A stretch of 64,000 bases of DNA from Methanomicrobia archaeon (GCA_011049045.1 DSCO01000061.1:228-64227); one strand, 5' to 3'; counted from the first letter of the stretch, positions 21,889 to 31,763 are shown. Numbers and translations: made by a program. Notes: a model not told the origin generated them from the sequence alone.

Positions 21889-21904
21889 TTGATACCGTGG
21901 AGGC

Positions 21905-23125
21905 ATGAACATGGCAAGAAAGATAGAGATGAAGACGCCGCTCGTGGATATCGACGGCGACGAGATGACGAGAGTCATCTGGGCGATGGTGAAGGAGCAG
22001 CTTCTCATGCCCTATATCGAGCTCAAAACCGAGTACTACGACCTCGGGCTGAAGAAGCGTGACGAGACCGAAGATCAGATAACTATAGAAGCCGCGGAGG
22101 CGATCAAGAAGTACGGCGTGGGCGTGAAGTGCGCGACGATCACGCCAAATGCCGCGCGCGTAAATGAATACAACTTGAAGCAGCAGTGGAAGAGCCCCAA
22201 CGGCACGATCAGAGCGATCCTGGACGGCACGGTATTCCGCGCGCCAATTATGGTCAAGAACATCAAGCCGGCGGTACGGAACTGGACAAAGCCGATACAT
22301 ATCGGCAGGCACGCCTATGGCGATGTGTACAAGAACGCAGAGTACCGTGTGCCGGGCCCGGGCACGGCCGAACTCGTCTTTACCGACGCGCAGGGCACGG
22401 CGGTACGGGAAACGATCGAGACGTTCGATGGCCCCGGCATCATCCAGGGCATCCACAATACCGACGCTTCGATAACGAGCTTTGCCGAGGCCTGTTTCGC
22501 CTACGCGCTCGATCAGAAGGTGGATCTGTGGTTCGGTGCGAAAGATACGATATCCAAGACCTACGACAGCAATTTCAAGCGTATCTTTGACGAAGTTTAC
22601 GAAGCGGAATACAGAGCAAAGTTCGACGCGGCGGGTATCGAGTATTTCTATACGCTTATTGACGATGCCGTGGCGCGGATCATGCGGTCCGGGGGCGGTA
22701 TGCTCTGGGCATTGAAGAACTATGACGGCGACGTAATGTCCGATATGCTCGCCTCGGCGTACGGCAGTCTCGCAATGATGACCTCCGTGCTGGTCTCGCC
22801 ACACGGGCACTTCGAGTATGAGGCCGCGCACGGCACCGTGCAGAAACATTACTACAAGTACCTCAAGGGCGAGAAGACCTCGACCAATTCAGTGGCGTTG
22901 ATATTCGCGTGGACGGGCGCGTTACGGAAGCGTGGTGAGCTCGATGGTATACCCGAGCTGGTACGATTTGCGGATATGCTGGAGGCAGCGACGCTCCAGA
23001 CGATTGAGGACGGCGTGATGACCGGCGACCTGGCAAAGCTGGCTGAGCCCGCAGCAAAGCGAATAGTATACACGGAGGAGTTTATTGCTGAGGTGCGGCA
23101 GAGGCATGAAGGGCGCGTTCAGTAA
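21905..23125 (+). CDS. icd: Isocitrate dehydrogenase (NADP-dependent, type I homodimeric)
   Basis: 406 aa of the isocitrate/isopropylmalate dehydrogenase family. Conserved Ser/Tyr/Lys/Asp substrate-binding motifs ([17 protein letters not shown]; [12 protein letters not shown]). Confidence 0.85.
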   Translation: MNMARKIEMKTPLVDIDGDEMTRVIWAMVKEQLLMPYIELKTEYYDLGLKKRDETEDQITIEAAEAIKKYGVGVKCATITPNAARVNEYNLKQQWKSPNGTIRAILDGTVFRAPIMVKNIKPAVRNWTKPIHIGRHAYGDVYKNAEYRVPGPGTAELVFTDAQGTAVRETIETFDGPGIIQGIHNTDASITSFAEACFAYALDQKVDLWFGAKDTISKTYDSNFKRIFDEVYEAEYRAKFDAAGIEYFYTLIDDAVARIMRSGGGMLWALKNYDGDVMSDMLASAYGSLAMMTSVLVSPHGHFEYEAAHGTVQKHYYKYLKGEKTSTNSVALIFAWTGALRKRGELDGIPELVRFADMLEAATLQTIEDGVMTGDLAKLAEPAAKRIVYTEEFIAEVRQRHEGRVQ

Positions 23126-23335
23126 CGCTTTTTTTTGATCGGTTACGTAGTGAAGTGAGCGAACGGCACAGTTCCGTGTATGCGTGGAGTGCAACCCTGA
23201 TTTCTGGCATATGGCCCTCCACTAAAAGACCTATTCGGATACAAAAATTCGCGTACTTCCTTTCCTCATTGATCCCGATTTTTCCGCGCGGATCTCCGTA
23301 CCCGTTTTCATCAGTAACTCGTTCTAACGCAGCAC

Positions 23336-23536
23336 TTACGGTGACTTCTGTTGTTCCTGCTGCACCTTTTCAACGGCCAGGGCTTTAGCAATCCTATCGC
23401 CGTTCTTGGCGAGGAGCGAACCGATGATGGGGAGGAGGATCACGTAGACCACGATGGTTACTATCCATCTTAGTACTCCGCGGGAAAATATAAGGATTGG
23501 GAACGACCGAGCGATGAAACGGCCGGCTAAGGTCAC
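23336..23536 (-). CDS. Small hypothetical membrane protein (1 TM)
   Basis: 66-aa ORF with one strongly hydrophobic helix (WIVTIVVYVILLPIIGSLLA). No homology recognised. Confidence 0.25.
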   Translation of the reverse strand: MTLAGRFIARSFPILIFSRGVLRWIVTIVVYVILLPIIGSLLAKNGDRIAKALAVEKVQQEQQKSP

Positions 23537-23830
23537 GGGCTAGAAAAAGAGTATATATGACCGAAATGCAGGTAACTAACTACTGTGCAGGAGCAGAGCT
23601 CTCTCTGAGTGGCAGGCGAAGAAGATCATGGAGATCGAGCAGTTAAGCGCGCGTGGAAAAGAACGGACGAGCAGATTCGGGGATGATGGTCTCAGTGACA
23701 ACTGCTCTTGGCGTGATTTTGCAGCACGGGGCGTGCGCGCTCGACTCGAGCGGGCACGCGAGCACTATAAAAATTTAAGTACTGAAATCACTGATATCTT
23801 TAAAGCACTGGCAAAACGGGAGATACTGAA

Positions 23831-24535
23831 ATGGGCTTAAGTGACTTCAGTGAAGAACTCAGATCCACATTAAAATCGCTTTTACCAGCAATAGCGCTGA
23901 TATTTATCTTTCAGATTTTGTTCATAAGAATGCCACTTCGAGAGTTTAGCCAGATAGTTCTGGGATTACTCTTTGCGGTAGTCGGTTTTGTACTATTTCT
24001 ACAAGGTGCAAAAATAGGACTCTTACCGATGGGTGAACGCGTTGGTACTTCGCTAATAGAGCGGCATGCGCTCTCCCTGATCTTGCTATTCGGCTTTCTA
24101 TTAGGGATAATGCTCACCATAGCAGAGCCAGATGTACGGTTATTAGCCTATCAGATAGAAACAGTGATGGTATCTGATATCTCACGTACTGAGATCATCT
24201 CTGTCTCAGCACTGGGACTGGGAATATTTGCACTCATCGCCCTGCTCAGGATCGTGTATGATACCCCGATCGAGTATATCCTCGTTCCGGGCTACCTCAT
24301 CTGCCTGGTTCTGGCGCTCATAGCGCCTGAGGAGTTTCTGGTCAATGCTTTTGATATGGGCGCGGTGACCACAGGTCCCTTGACTGTTCCCTTTCTGATC
24401 GCCCTTGGAGTAGGCATGGCCTCCGTTCTTGGCGGCAGGACTCGGCTCAAGGCCGGGTTCGGGATTCTCGCTGCGGGCTCTATAGGGCCGATCATGGCGA
24501 TCTTACTCTGGGGCATCATCCGGGGGTGGCTATGA
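23831..24535 (+). CDS. DUF1538-family integral membrane protein
   Basis: 234 aa, multi-TM. Paralogous to the next gene, sharing GAKxxLLPMGxRxG and AEP motifs. Confidence 0.7.
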   Translation: MGLSDFSEELRSTLKSLLPAIALIFIFQILFIRMPLREFSQIVLGLLFAVVGFVLFLQGAKIGLLPMGERVGTSLIERHALSLILLFGFLLGIMLTIAEPDVRLLAYQIETVMVSDISRTEIISVSALGLGIFALIALLRIVYDTPIEYILVPGYLICLVLALIAPEEFLVNAFDMGAVTTGPLTVPFLIALGVGMASVLGGRTRLKAGFGILAAGSIGPIMAILLWGIIRGWL

Positions 24536-25248
24536 TCGACCAAGCACTTGACGTTCTGCTCGAAGTAGGTGGTGCTATACTACCGGTACTGGGTTTAATC
24601 CTCTTCTTTCAGCTCGTGGTGCTGCGAAAGATACCTCCGGACATCAGAAGTATGCTGGTTGGCGTGGTGATAGCGGTTTTCGGCTTCTTCCTGTTCCTGC
24701 TGGGTGCGAAGATGAGTCTTTTACCTATGGGCGCGCGGATAGGAGCTTTTCTCTCCGGGTGTGCTCTGCGGTGGGTGGTTCTCTTCACCCTGGTCTTCGG
24801 GATCATCGTTATTTTGGCGGAGCCGGCCGTAAAAATTCTTGCATACGAGATAGAGGAGGCCTCGTCAGGCTCTATACGCAAGAATTTCGTTCTCCCGCCC
24901 ATTTCACTCGGGGTGGGATTTGCTCTGGTCTTCGGGACGTTACGGATTTTCCATGAACTCCCGTTTGTGTATATCCTGATACCCGGGTACCTGCTCGTGC
25001 TCCTGCTAACCATTTTAACACCCGCGGATTTTGTGCCGATCGCCTACGATGCCGGTGCGGTGGCTACCGGACCTATTGCTACCACCTTTGCCCTTCCGAT
25101 GATGACCGGTATGGCGATCGGGTTAAAAGGCAGCGGTGCGGGCATTCTGGGGCTGGGAACGGTGGGCTTGATAGCGATGTGTCCCATAATCTTTATGTTA
25201 ATCCTGGGTATTATCATAGATCTGAGGACGAAAAAGAGGAATGCATAG
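24526..25248 (+). CDS. DUF1538-family integral membrane protein (paralog)
   Basis: 240 aa, multi-TM. Same architecture as 23831..24535. Its 10-nt overlap with the upstream gene indicates an operon. Confidence 0.7.
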   Translation: MAMIDQALDVLLEVGGAILPVLGLILFFQLVVLRKIPPDIRSMLVGVVIAVFGFFLFLLGAKMSLLPMGARIGAFLSGCALRWVVLFTLVFGIIVILAEPAVKILAYEIEEASSGSIRKNFVLPPISLGVGFALVFGTLRIFHELPFVYILIPGYLLVLLLTILTPADFVPIAYDAGAVATGPIATTFALPMMTGMAIGLKGSGAGILGLGTVGLIAMCPIIFMLILGIIIDLRTKKRNA

Positions 25249-25663
25249 CGAGTGCACGTTTCAGGTAATCGTAGCTGTTGTCGAAACAGGGCGCGCGAGT
25301 GCTCTTATGGAAGTGGCGAGAGCAGCAGGTGCTGAAGGCGGTACGGTACTTCACGGTAGGGGCACCGGCGTGCATGAACATAGTAAGTTCCTGGGCATTC
25401 CAATCGAGCCGGAAAAAGAGATACTTATGATCCTGATCGAATCTACCACTACCGAATCAGTGCTTAACGCATTGGTGGTGGCTGGTGAATTGAATGAACC
25501 GGGCAAAGGAATGGCATTTGTGCTGGATGTCTCCAAGGTCGCGGGAATTTGTCACCGGGGGGATAAAGTATCTTCGTTCAGCGATTTGTTGTCATCTCGC
25601 TTCAGGGATTGGTTGTCCTCTCGCGGCCACCATCAGGACACCGACCAGCACGAGCAGCACTAG
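25241..25663 (+). CDS. P-II-like (GlnB-fold) small regulatory protein
   Basis: 140 aa. VIVAVVETGRASALMEVARAAGAEGGTVLHGRGTG...ILMILIES resembles the nitrogen regulatory P-II/DUF190 fold. Overlaps the end of the DUF1538 gene. Confidence 0.55.
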   Translation: MHSECTFQVIVAVVETGRASALMEVARAAGAEGGTVLHGRGTGVHEHSKFLGIPIEPEKEILMILIESTTTESVLNALVVAGELNEPGKGMAFVLDVSKVAGICHRGDKVSSFSDLLSSRFRDWLSSRGHHQDTDQHEQH

Positions 25664-25697
25664 ATCGGTACAGCACCAGCACTAAGGGGGAGCATCA

Positions 25698-26117
25698 TCA
25701 CGTTGTTATGCGTGGTCTACCGTGTGCCTCATCAGAATGATCTCCGATGATACTCGTCTTGCAACCCTTCAAATGGTGGAGTTGAATACCCCTAAAACAA
25801 TCAGTTAACTGTTGCAGGTGTTTTTCAGGCTCCTGCAGCCCTTCTTCAAGCTCCTCAGGGGCCAGCCAGGTGATAGCATAAGTAACCAGGAGCGTTCGCG
25901 GGCTGGTCGTGACGCTCGTCGCGTCCTCGTCACTGTAGACGTAGATGCACAGTACCCCTGCCGAATCGATCAGGACGAGCACGCGCACCACCACTGTTTC
26001 CATCGCCGCTGTTTCCGTATCGAGTGCTTTTTTCACGCTCTGCAGCACGCCACGTAGCTCCGCGAGACGAGGCCGAGCACGAAATTCTGCCGTATCGCCG
26101 CATTGATGACGACACAA
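25698..26117 (-). CDS. Hypothetical protein co-directional with cooT-like gene
   Basis: 139-aa ORF starting MCRHQCGD, 1 nt downstream of the cooT-like stop. No family recognised. Confidence 0.3.
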   Translation of the reverse strand: MCRHQCGDTAEFRARPRLAELRGVLQSVKKALDTETAAMETVVVRVLVLIDSAGVLCIYVYSDEDATSVTTSPRTLLVTYAITWLAPEELEEGLQEPEKHLQQLTDCFRGIQLHHLKGCKTSIIGDHSDEAHGRPRITT

Positions 26118-26118
26118 A

Positions 26119-26316
26119 TCATTCTCCCTGCTTCAGCATAATGGTATGCTTGATCAGGTCGATTTCGGCTATTCGCCCCGTGACCTCGCGCGTCTCGCCC
26201 AATATCCCGGTGAGCCTGATACGGTCGCCCTCGACAACAACGCGCACGACCTCCTCCATCACTAATTCTCGGGTCTCCGTCCCCGCGCATTCTATAAAGA
26301 CATTTGATTCACACAT
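26119..26316 (-). CDS. cooT: CooT-family small nickel-binding protein
   Basis: About 65-aa product MCESNVFIECAGTETRELVMEEVVRVVVEGDRIRLTGILGETREVTGRIAEIDLIKHTIMLKQGE. Cys2 directly after Met and the beta-rich V-x-V-x-V...GRI..IDL pattern typical of CooT. The start is placed at the internal Met-Cys, 6 codons into the listed ORF. Confidence 0.55.
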   Translation of the reverse strand: MCESNVFIECAGTETRELVMEEVVRVVVEGDRIRLTGILGETREVTGRIAEIDLIKHTIMLKQGE

Positions 26317-26459
26317 CGTTGACACCCCTCGCAATTTGTCGGTTATGAACTCTTCTCACGCCATCCAAGATATAGCTTACCGGGGGGAGGGGGTTTGCGG
26401 AAGTTTATTATATAAAAAATTATAATAATTATGCGGCTCCTACAGGAGGATTACCATCC

Positions 26460-26966
26460 ATGAAAAATTACCAGCAGAAATTGGAAGAGGCGAAGACGCT
26501 CGCTGACGTCTTCGAGATTGTTAAGGACGGCGTTCGGAAGGTACTGCATACCGGGAGGGCGGGATTGACGCTCGGGCTCGCGGATCTCGGCAGCGATGCC
26601 AGTACCTGGGTTGGGGCATTCTATCCCATCGGCTCGAACACGATTGTGATGAACCGAACGCCCTTACAATGGATCACAAGGATGCATCCGCAGTTGTTCA
26701 CCGCCTACGCCTTTCACGTTCTACTCCACGAGTATATTCATGCATTGGGGTACCCCGAGGAGGTACACACCCGCAAAATCGTCTTCTGGATCTCCCGTGA
26801 GCTCTTTGGCGAGGAGCACGTAGTCACGCAGATGTCGCGCGATATGAGCGCTTTTATTCCCCCGGTTGCGTATTCCACGGAAGAACCCATTCAGGAGAAT
26901 CTCGAAGGAGTAGAACTTGAGATGGTGCCCGATTTCGATCGCTCAAGTGTCACGTATATCAGGTGA
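26460..26966 (+). CDS. Hypothetical HExxH (zincin-like) protein
   Basis: 168 aa with an HEYIHALG motif. No precise family assignable from sequence alone. Confidence 0.45.
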   Translation: MKNYQQKLEEAKTLADVFEIVKDGVRKVLHTGRAGLTLGLADLGSDASTWVGAFYPIGSNTIVMNRTPLQWITRMHPQLFTAYAFHVLLHEYIHALGYPEEVHTRKIVFWISRELFGEEHVVTQMSRDMSAFIPPVAYSTEEPIQENLEGVELEMVPDFDRSSVTYIR

Positions 26967-27048
26967 TCACTTCGCTGCAGGCCCGCCCGCGCCTCCCGAG
27001 TAGGCGCGGGACGCGCTATTGCTGAGCGCTGTACGTAACGATGGCGAG

Positions 27049-27342
27049 TCACATCTTCTTGAGCTCGCCAATCACCTCGTTCACCTTATCAGTCACCCAG
27101 TACCGCTTCAGCGCCTTGCCCTTTGACTTCGGCTGCTCTGAGATCTCGTACTTGCTCTTCACGAATCCGTGATCTTCCAGGATACCCAAATGATAGGAGA
27201 CCAGCTTCTTCTTCTTCTCCTCAAGCGCTTTACTGATCGCATTGATGTGCATCGGCTGCTCCTCAAGCAGTTCCACGATCCGAAAGCGGATGGGGTGCAA
27301 AAGGACATGCGCTTCCTTCACCAGCTCGTCATCCAGTTTCAT
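27049..27342 (-). CDS. ArsR/SmtB-like winged-helix transcriptional regulator
   Basis: 97 aa. The segment HPIRFRIVELLEEQPMHINAISKALEEKKKKLVSYHLGILEDHGFV is a typical ArsR-type HTH. Confidence 0.7.
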   Translation of the reverse strand: MKLDDELVKEAHVLLHPIRFRIVELLEEQPMHINAISKALEEKKKKLVSYHLGILEDHGFVKSKYEISEQPKSKGKALKRYWVTDKVNEVIGELKKM

Positions 27343-27509
27343 CGTCTATCCTTAGTAACTAAAAGTATAAAAACATTTTATATCACATTCTCATTTGTCA
27401 TGGGGGTCACTCATTAGTATACCTGCCCGAATTGGGGCAACAACTATAATATGGGTCGCCACCAAAGGGGAATGTGGATCTGAAAGTGGAACAGGAAAGA
27501 AGCGAACGC

Positions 27510-28187
27510 ATGAAAGTCGTTATCTCGCTGGGAGGCCTATTCTTCTCTGAGGTCGAGAAACTCAAGGACGTGGCGGCGATTCTAGATGAACTTGCTCGCT
27601 CGTGCACGCTCTGCGTCGTTACGGGTGGCGGCGCTCATGCCCGAGAGTATATCGCTCGCGCGCGGGCGCTGGGCGCGAACGAAGCATTCTGCGATTATCT
27701 CGGGATCGCGGTCACCCGGATCAATGCGAAGTTGCTCATTGCCGCGCTGCACGATGCTTATCCCGAACCGTTCCGTGATTATAAAGCGGCTGCCATGGCG
27801 CACCGGAGTGGCCCGGAGCGGCGAATAGTAGTGATGGGCGGTGTAAGCCCCGGTTACACCACCGATGCGGTCGCGGCGCTCCTCGCCGACTATCTTCATG
27901 CCGAGTTACTCCTCATTGTAACCTCGGTCGATGGCGTTTATGATAGTGACCCGCAGGTCAATCCGACCGCGCGGAAATACGATAAACTCAGCCCGACCGA
28001 GCTCGTGGCACTCACGATGAAAGCAGAACTAAAGGCCGGCTCACGCATCGTGATCGACCCGGTTGCCGCGAAGCTTATAGAGCGGAGCGGGATACGGACG
28101 ATCGTGATCGACGGTCGCAATCCCGGCGCGATCATCGATGCTGTGCACGGCACGCATCATGGCACGGAGATCTCGGAATCTCGGTGA
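27510..28187 (+). CDS. pyrH: Uridylate (UMP) kinase, archaeal type (amino-acid kinase family)
   Basis: MKVVISLGG...VVTGGG glycine-rich motifs, about 225 aa. Start placed at 27510 inside ORF 27474..28187. Confidence 0.75.
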   Translation: MKVVISLGGLFFSEVEKLKDVAAILDELARSCTLCVVTGGGAHAREYIARARALGANEAFCDYLGIAVTRINAKLLIAALHDAYPEPFRDYKAAAMAHRSGPERRIVVMGGVSPGYTTDAVAALLADYLHAELLLIVTSVDGVYDSDPQVNPTARKYDKLSPTELVALTMKAELKAGSRIVIDPVAAKLIERSGIRTIVIDGRNPGAIIDAVHGTHHGTEISESR

Positions 28188-28189
28188 GC

Positions 28190-28534
28190 TTACGTCCGTG
28201 ACGGATTGAGCACGTGGAGGCCACGCTCTGCCGCAGCCGTTTCGATATCGCCGCGCTTGCGCTTACCCACCGTCGCGGCAATTCGGACGGCAGTGCCCGC
28301 TGCCGCCGCCTGGAGCTCTTCGGCGTTATGAACGAGCAGTTCCCGAACGCCAGAAGGATGCAAACCGCGATCTTCCTTCTTTCGCCGATAGCCCACTGTC
28401 ACGCGCGGACCCTTCGCCGCGATGTGCTCCCGCATCTTGTTATCATGCCCGCGGGGCCTTCGCCAGCTCTTGCTCAGCTTCTTCTTCGTGCGCCATCCAT
28501 AACGCTCAAATTTGATCCTTCTTCGCTTCGTCAT
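28190..28534 (-). CDS. rpl32e: Large-subunit ribosomal protein L32e (eL32)
   Basis: KKLSKSWRRPRGHDNKMR...VTVGYRRKKEDRGLHPSG matches the L32e signature. Confidence 0.8.
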   Translation of the reverse strand: MTKRRRIKFERYGWRTKKKLSKSWRRPRGHDNKMREHIAAKGPRVTVGYRRKKEDRGLHPSGVRELLVHNAEELQAAAAGTAVRIAATVGKRKRGDIETAAAERGLHVLNPSRT

Positions 28535-28621
28535 CGCGCCGCTTCCTTCTCATAAACAGGAGGTTATACAAAAAGAACTTTTCATCTCTGAGGACGACCC
28601 TGCACCGTCACACACGCAAAC

Positions 28622-30259
28622 TCACAGCCGCACGAGCGTGATGTCCGCGATGTGGTTCACGTGCTTTATCTCGTCTATAATCGCCTCACTGACCATACTG
28701 TCCACATTGATCACCATAACCGCGTCGCCACCGATCTTCTCTCTTCCCACCTGCATCCCCGCGATGTTGATGCCGTTATCACCGAGAATCGTGCATACCG
28801 GGCCGATCACCCGTGGTTTGTCGATAAAGGAGCAGATGAGCATGTAGCCGGAGGGCACTGCATCCACCCGGTGTCCGTTAAGCTGTACGATGCGTGGATC
28901 ATCCTTTCCGAAGAGTGTGCCGGCCACCGTCCGCTTCAGTTCCTGGTCTTTCGTCCGCGTGGTCGTGATTAGACTGATCAATGAGCAAAAATTCACAATC
29001 TCTTTCGTCTTGCTCTCGATTACTTTGATTCCGAACTTCTTCGCGATCACCTCAGCGTTGAGGTAATTCACGCCATCGGTGAAGAGCGAGAGAAAGCTCT
29101 TCAGGATCGCCAGGGTCAGGAACCGTGTGTTCTTCCCGATGCCCGTTTCCGCAGTTCCCAACTCGCCCTCATAAGCGATCTCAAATTGCTCGATACGTCC
29201 CGCTGGGGGGACCAGTTGCGCCGCGAGCAGGCCCAGCTTCTCGCCCAGGTGTAAATAGGGCTTTAAGGCGTCCATGATCGCCTCGTCGACATAGATCATG
29301 TTCACCGCGTTCCGGACCGGTTTGTTCTGCAACGCCGCGATAACCTCATCTGCAATGACGAGAGCTGCGGTCCTCTGCGCTTCCGTCGTTGACGCGCCCA
29401 GATGCGGCGTCACCACCACTTCCTCCAGCTCCAACAATTCACGCTCCTCCGGTGGCTCCTGCTCGAAGACGTCGAGCGCCGCGCCGGCTACCTTGCCGCT
29501 CTTGATCGCCTCTTTCAAGGCCTTCTCATCAATAACGCCACCGCGTGCACAGTTCACAATGCGGACACCGTCCTTCATCATCGCGAATGCCTCGGCGCCG
29601 ATGAGGTGACGGGTATCTTTGTTCAGGGGCGTATGAAGGCTGATGAAATCCGCAGCCTTGAGGACTTCGGATAAACTGGCGAGCGTGATACCGAGCTCCT
29701 TCGCCCGCTCCTCGGTTATGAACGGATCATAAGCGAGCACCTTCATCGCAAGACCGGTAGCGCGCTTCGCCACTTCACCCCCCACGCGGCCCAGCCCGAT
29801 GACGCCCAGCACTTTGCCGTTGACCTCGGTGCCCATATACTGCTTCCGGTCCCACTTCCCGGACTTGAGCGATAGATTCGCGGCCGGGATCTTCCGTGCG
29901 AGACTGAGCATCATGGCAATCGTGTGCTCAGCCGCGGAGATCGTATTAGCTTCCGGTGAGTTCACCACCAGAATGCCCTTCTCCGTCGCTGTCTCCACAG
30001 CGATGTTATCAACGCCGACGCCCGCTCGCCCGATCACCTTCAACCGGCCAGCGCTTCCTGCATCCACGATCTCCTGCGTCACCTTCGTGCCGCTCCGGAT
30101 AACGATCGCGTCATAGTTAGGGATACGTTCTTTCAATTCCTCTTTGCTTAATCCTAATGCTACATCAACATCGGCAAACTCTTGCAGCTTGGTAACTCCC
30201 TCTTTTGAGAGATTATCGGTTATAATCACCCTTTTGGGTTCCTGCTCTTTTCCTTCCAT
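28622..30259 (-). CDS. serA: D-3-phosphoglycerate dehydrogenase (with ACT domain)
   Basis: 545 aa. 2-hydroxyacid dehydrogenase fold (GRAGVGVDNI, GLGRVGGEVAKR) plus C-terminal ASB/ACT domains. Confidence 0.85.
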   Translation of the reverse strand: MEGKEQEPKRVIITDNLSKEGVTKLQEFADVDVALGLSKEELKERIPNYDAIVIRSGTKVTQEIVDAGSAGRLKVIGRAGVGVDNIAVETATEKGILVVNSPEANTISAAEHTIAMMLSLARKIPAANLSLKSGKWDRKQYMGTEVNGKVLGVIGLGRVGGEVAKRATGLAMKVLAYDPFITEERAKELGITLASLSEVLKAADFISLHTPLNKDTRHLIGAEAFAMMKDGVRIVNCARGGVIDEKALKEAIKSGKVAGAALDVFEQEPPEERELLELEEVVVTPHLGASTTEAQRTAALVIADEVIAALQNKPVRNAVNMIYVDEAIMDALKPYLHLGEKLGLLAAQLVPPAGRIEQFEIAYEGELGTAETGIGKNTRFLTLAILKSFLSLFTDGVNYLNAEVIAKKFGIKVIESKTKEIVNFCSLISLITTTRTKDQELKRTVAGTLFGKDDPRIVQLNGHRVDAVPSGYMLICSFIDKPRVIGPVCTILGDNGINIAGMQVGREKIGGDAVMVINVDSMVSEAIIDEIKHVNHIADITLVRL

Positions 30260-30467
30260 CTACCCTCACCCGCTCGTTGCTCTCACGATCTAACACCAGA
30301 TAAGAGACCGAGTAAGATATAAGTTCGCGGAAGAAGATTCTTACGCTGCGGGAAGACAATGCCCTGGAGCTGTTCTCAGGTGCGTCCGCGAGTGACTGGA
30401 AGGGTAAACCTAAAGGCAAGTAGTAATAAGTACCTAACTACAGTACAGACTGGACGGCGAGGTTGGT

Positions 30468-31763
30468 ATGATGACGGTAATTGAGATAAGAGATCTTAAG
30501 GCGCGGGAAATTCTGGATTCGCGGGGGAACCCGACCGTAGAGGTGGATGTGCGCACGGCGAGCGGTTTTGGCCGGGCGAGCGTGCCTTCAGGAGCATCAA
30601 CGGGTAGTAAAGAGGCGGTAGAGAAGCGAGACGGCGATAAGAAGCGCTACAACGGTAAGGGCGTGCTCAAGGCGGTGGAAGCCGTGAATACCGTGATCAA
30701 AAATGCGCTCACGGGCGAGAACGCGCTCGATCAGCGCGGAATCGATATGCTGCTGCTCGAACTGGATGGCACGGAGAATAAAGCGAAACTCGGTGCCAAC
30801 GCGATAATAGGCACCTCGATGGCGGTCTGCAAAGCCGCGGCAGATTCCGTACAGAAACCGCTCTTCACGTACATCGCGGAAGATGTTGCGGGCATGCACC
30901 TCACGCATGAGCTTCCGGTGCCGATGATGAATGTGATCAATGGCGGTCAGCACGCGGGTAACGAGCTGAGCATCCAGGAGTTTCTCATCCTGCCCATGGG
31001 CTTCGAGCGCTTCCGGGACAGCTTACGGGCAGGTGTAGAGACCTATCATGCGCTGAAACGGGTGTTGGGCGAGCGGCACGGTAAAATCGCGACGAACGTG
31101 GGTGATGAGGGCGGCTATGCACCGCCGATGCGTGAGACGCGGCAGCCACTCGATGCGATAACGGACGCCATAGCCGAAGCGGGCTATGCTGAGCATGAGA
31201 TACGGTTGGGCATGGACGCGGCCGCATCGTCGTTCTTCGACGCAGGAACGGGGAAGTACCAGATCGATGGCGTTCTGAAGGAGGGCACGGAACTCCTTGA
31301 CGTTTATAAAGAGCTGGTGGCGAGCTATCCGATCGCGCTGCTCGAAGACCCGTTTGAAGAGGAATCCTTCGCGCTCTTTGCCAAGCTCACCGCGCAGCTC
31401 CCCGGGACCATCATCGTCGGCGATGACCTCTTCGTAACGAACGTCAAGCGGCTGGCGCAGGGGGTACAGCAGCATGCCGCGAACGCCGTTCTCCTGAAAT
31501 TGAATCAAATCGGAACGATCTCGGAGACGCTGGATACGATCCGATTGGCAAATCAAAACGGCTACAAGAAAGTGGTGAGCCATCGCTCGGGCGAGACAGA
31601 GGACTCAATGATCGCGGACTTCTCGGTCGCGATCAATGCGGAGATCATCAAGACCGGCGCGCCAGCACGCAGCGAGCGAACGAGCAAATATAATCAATTA
31701 CTGCGCATCGAGGAGGCGATGGGCGAGGCAGCACGGAGTAAAGGGCCATCTTTACGTCACTGA
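30468..31763 (+). CDS. eno: Enolase (phosphopyruvate hydratase)
   Basis: IRDLKAREILDSRGNPTVEVDV N-terminus and enolase catalytic motifs (SHRSGETEDS). Confidence 0.9.
   Translation: MMTVIEIRDLKAREILDSRGNPTVEVDVRTASGFGRASVPSGASTGSKEAVEKRDGDKKRYNGKGVLKAVEAVNTVIKNALTGENALDQRGIDMLLLELDGTENKAKLGANAIIGTSMAVCKAAADSVQKPLFTYIAEDVAGMHLTHELPVPMMNVINGGQHAGNELSIQEFLILPMGFERFRDSLRAGVETYHALKRVLGERHGKIATNVGDEGGYAPPMRETRQPLDAITDAIAEAGYAEHEIRLGMDAAASSFFDAGTGKYQIDGVLKEGTELLDVYKELVASYPIALLEDPFEEESFALFAKLTAQLPGTIIVGDDLFVTNVKRLAQGVQQHAANAVLLKLNQIGTISETLDTIRLANQNGYKKVVSHRSGETEDSMIADFSVAINAEIIKTGAPARSERTSKYNQLLRIEEAMGEAARSKGPSLRH

Noticed and set aside
21731-22849. 372-aa minus-strand ORF antisense to aclA/icd
   Set aside because: It overlaps two well-supported plus-strand genes. 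Arg/His-rich product typical of antisense frames in GC-rich sequence.
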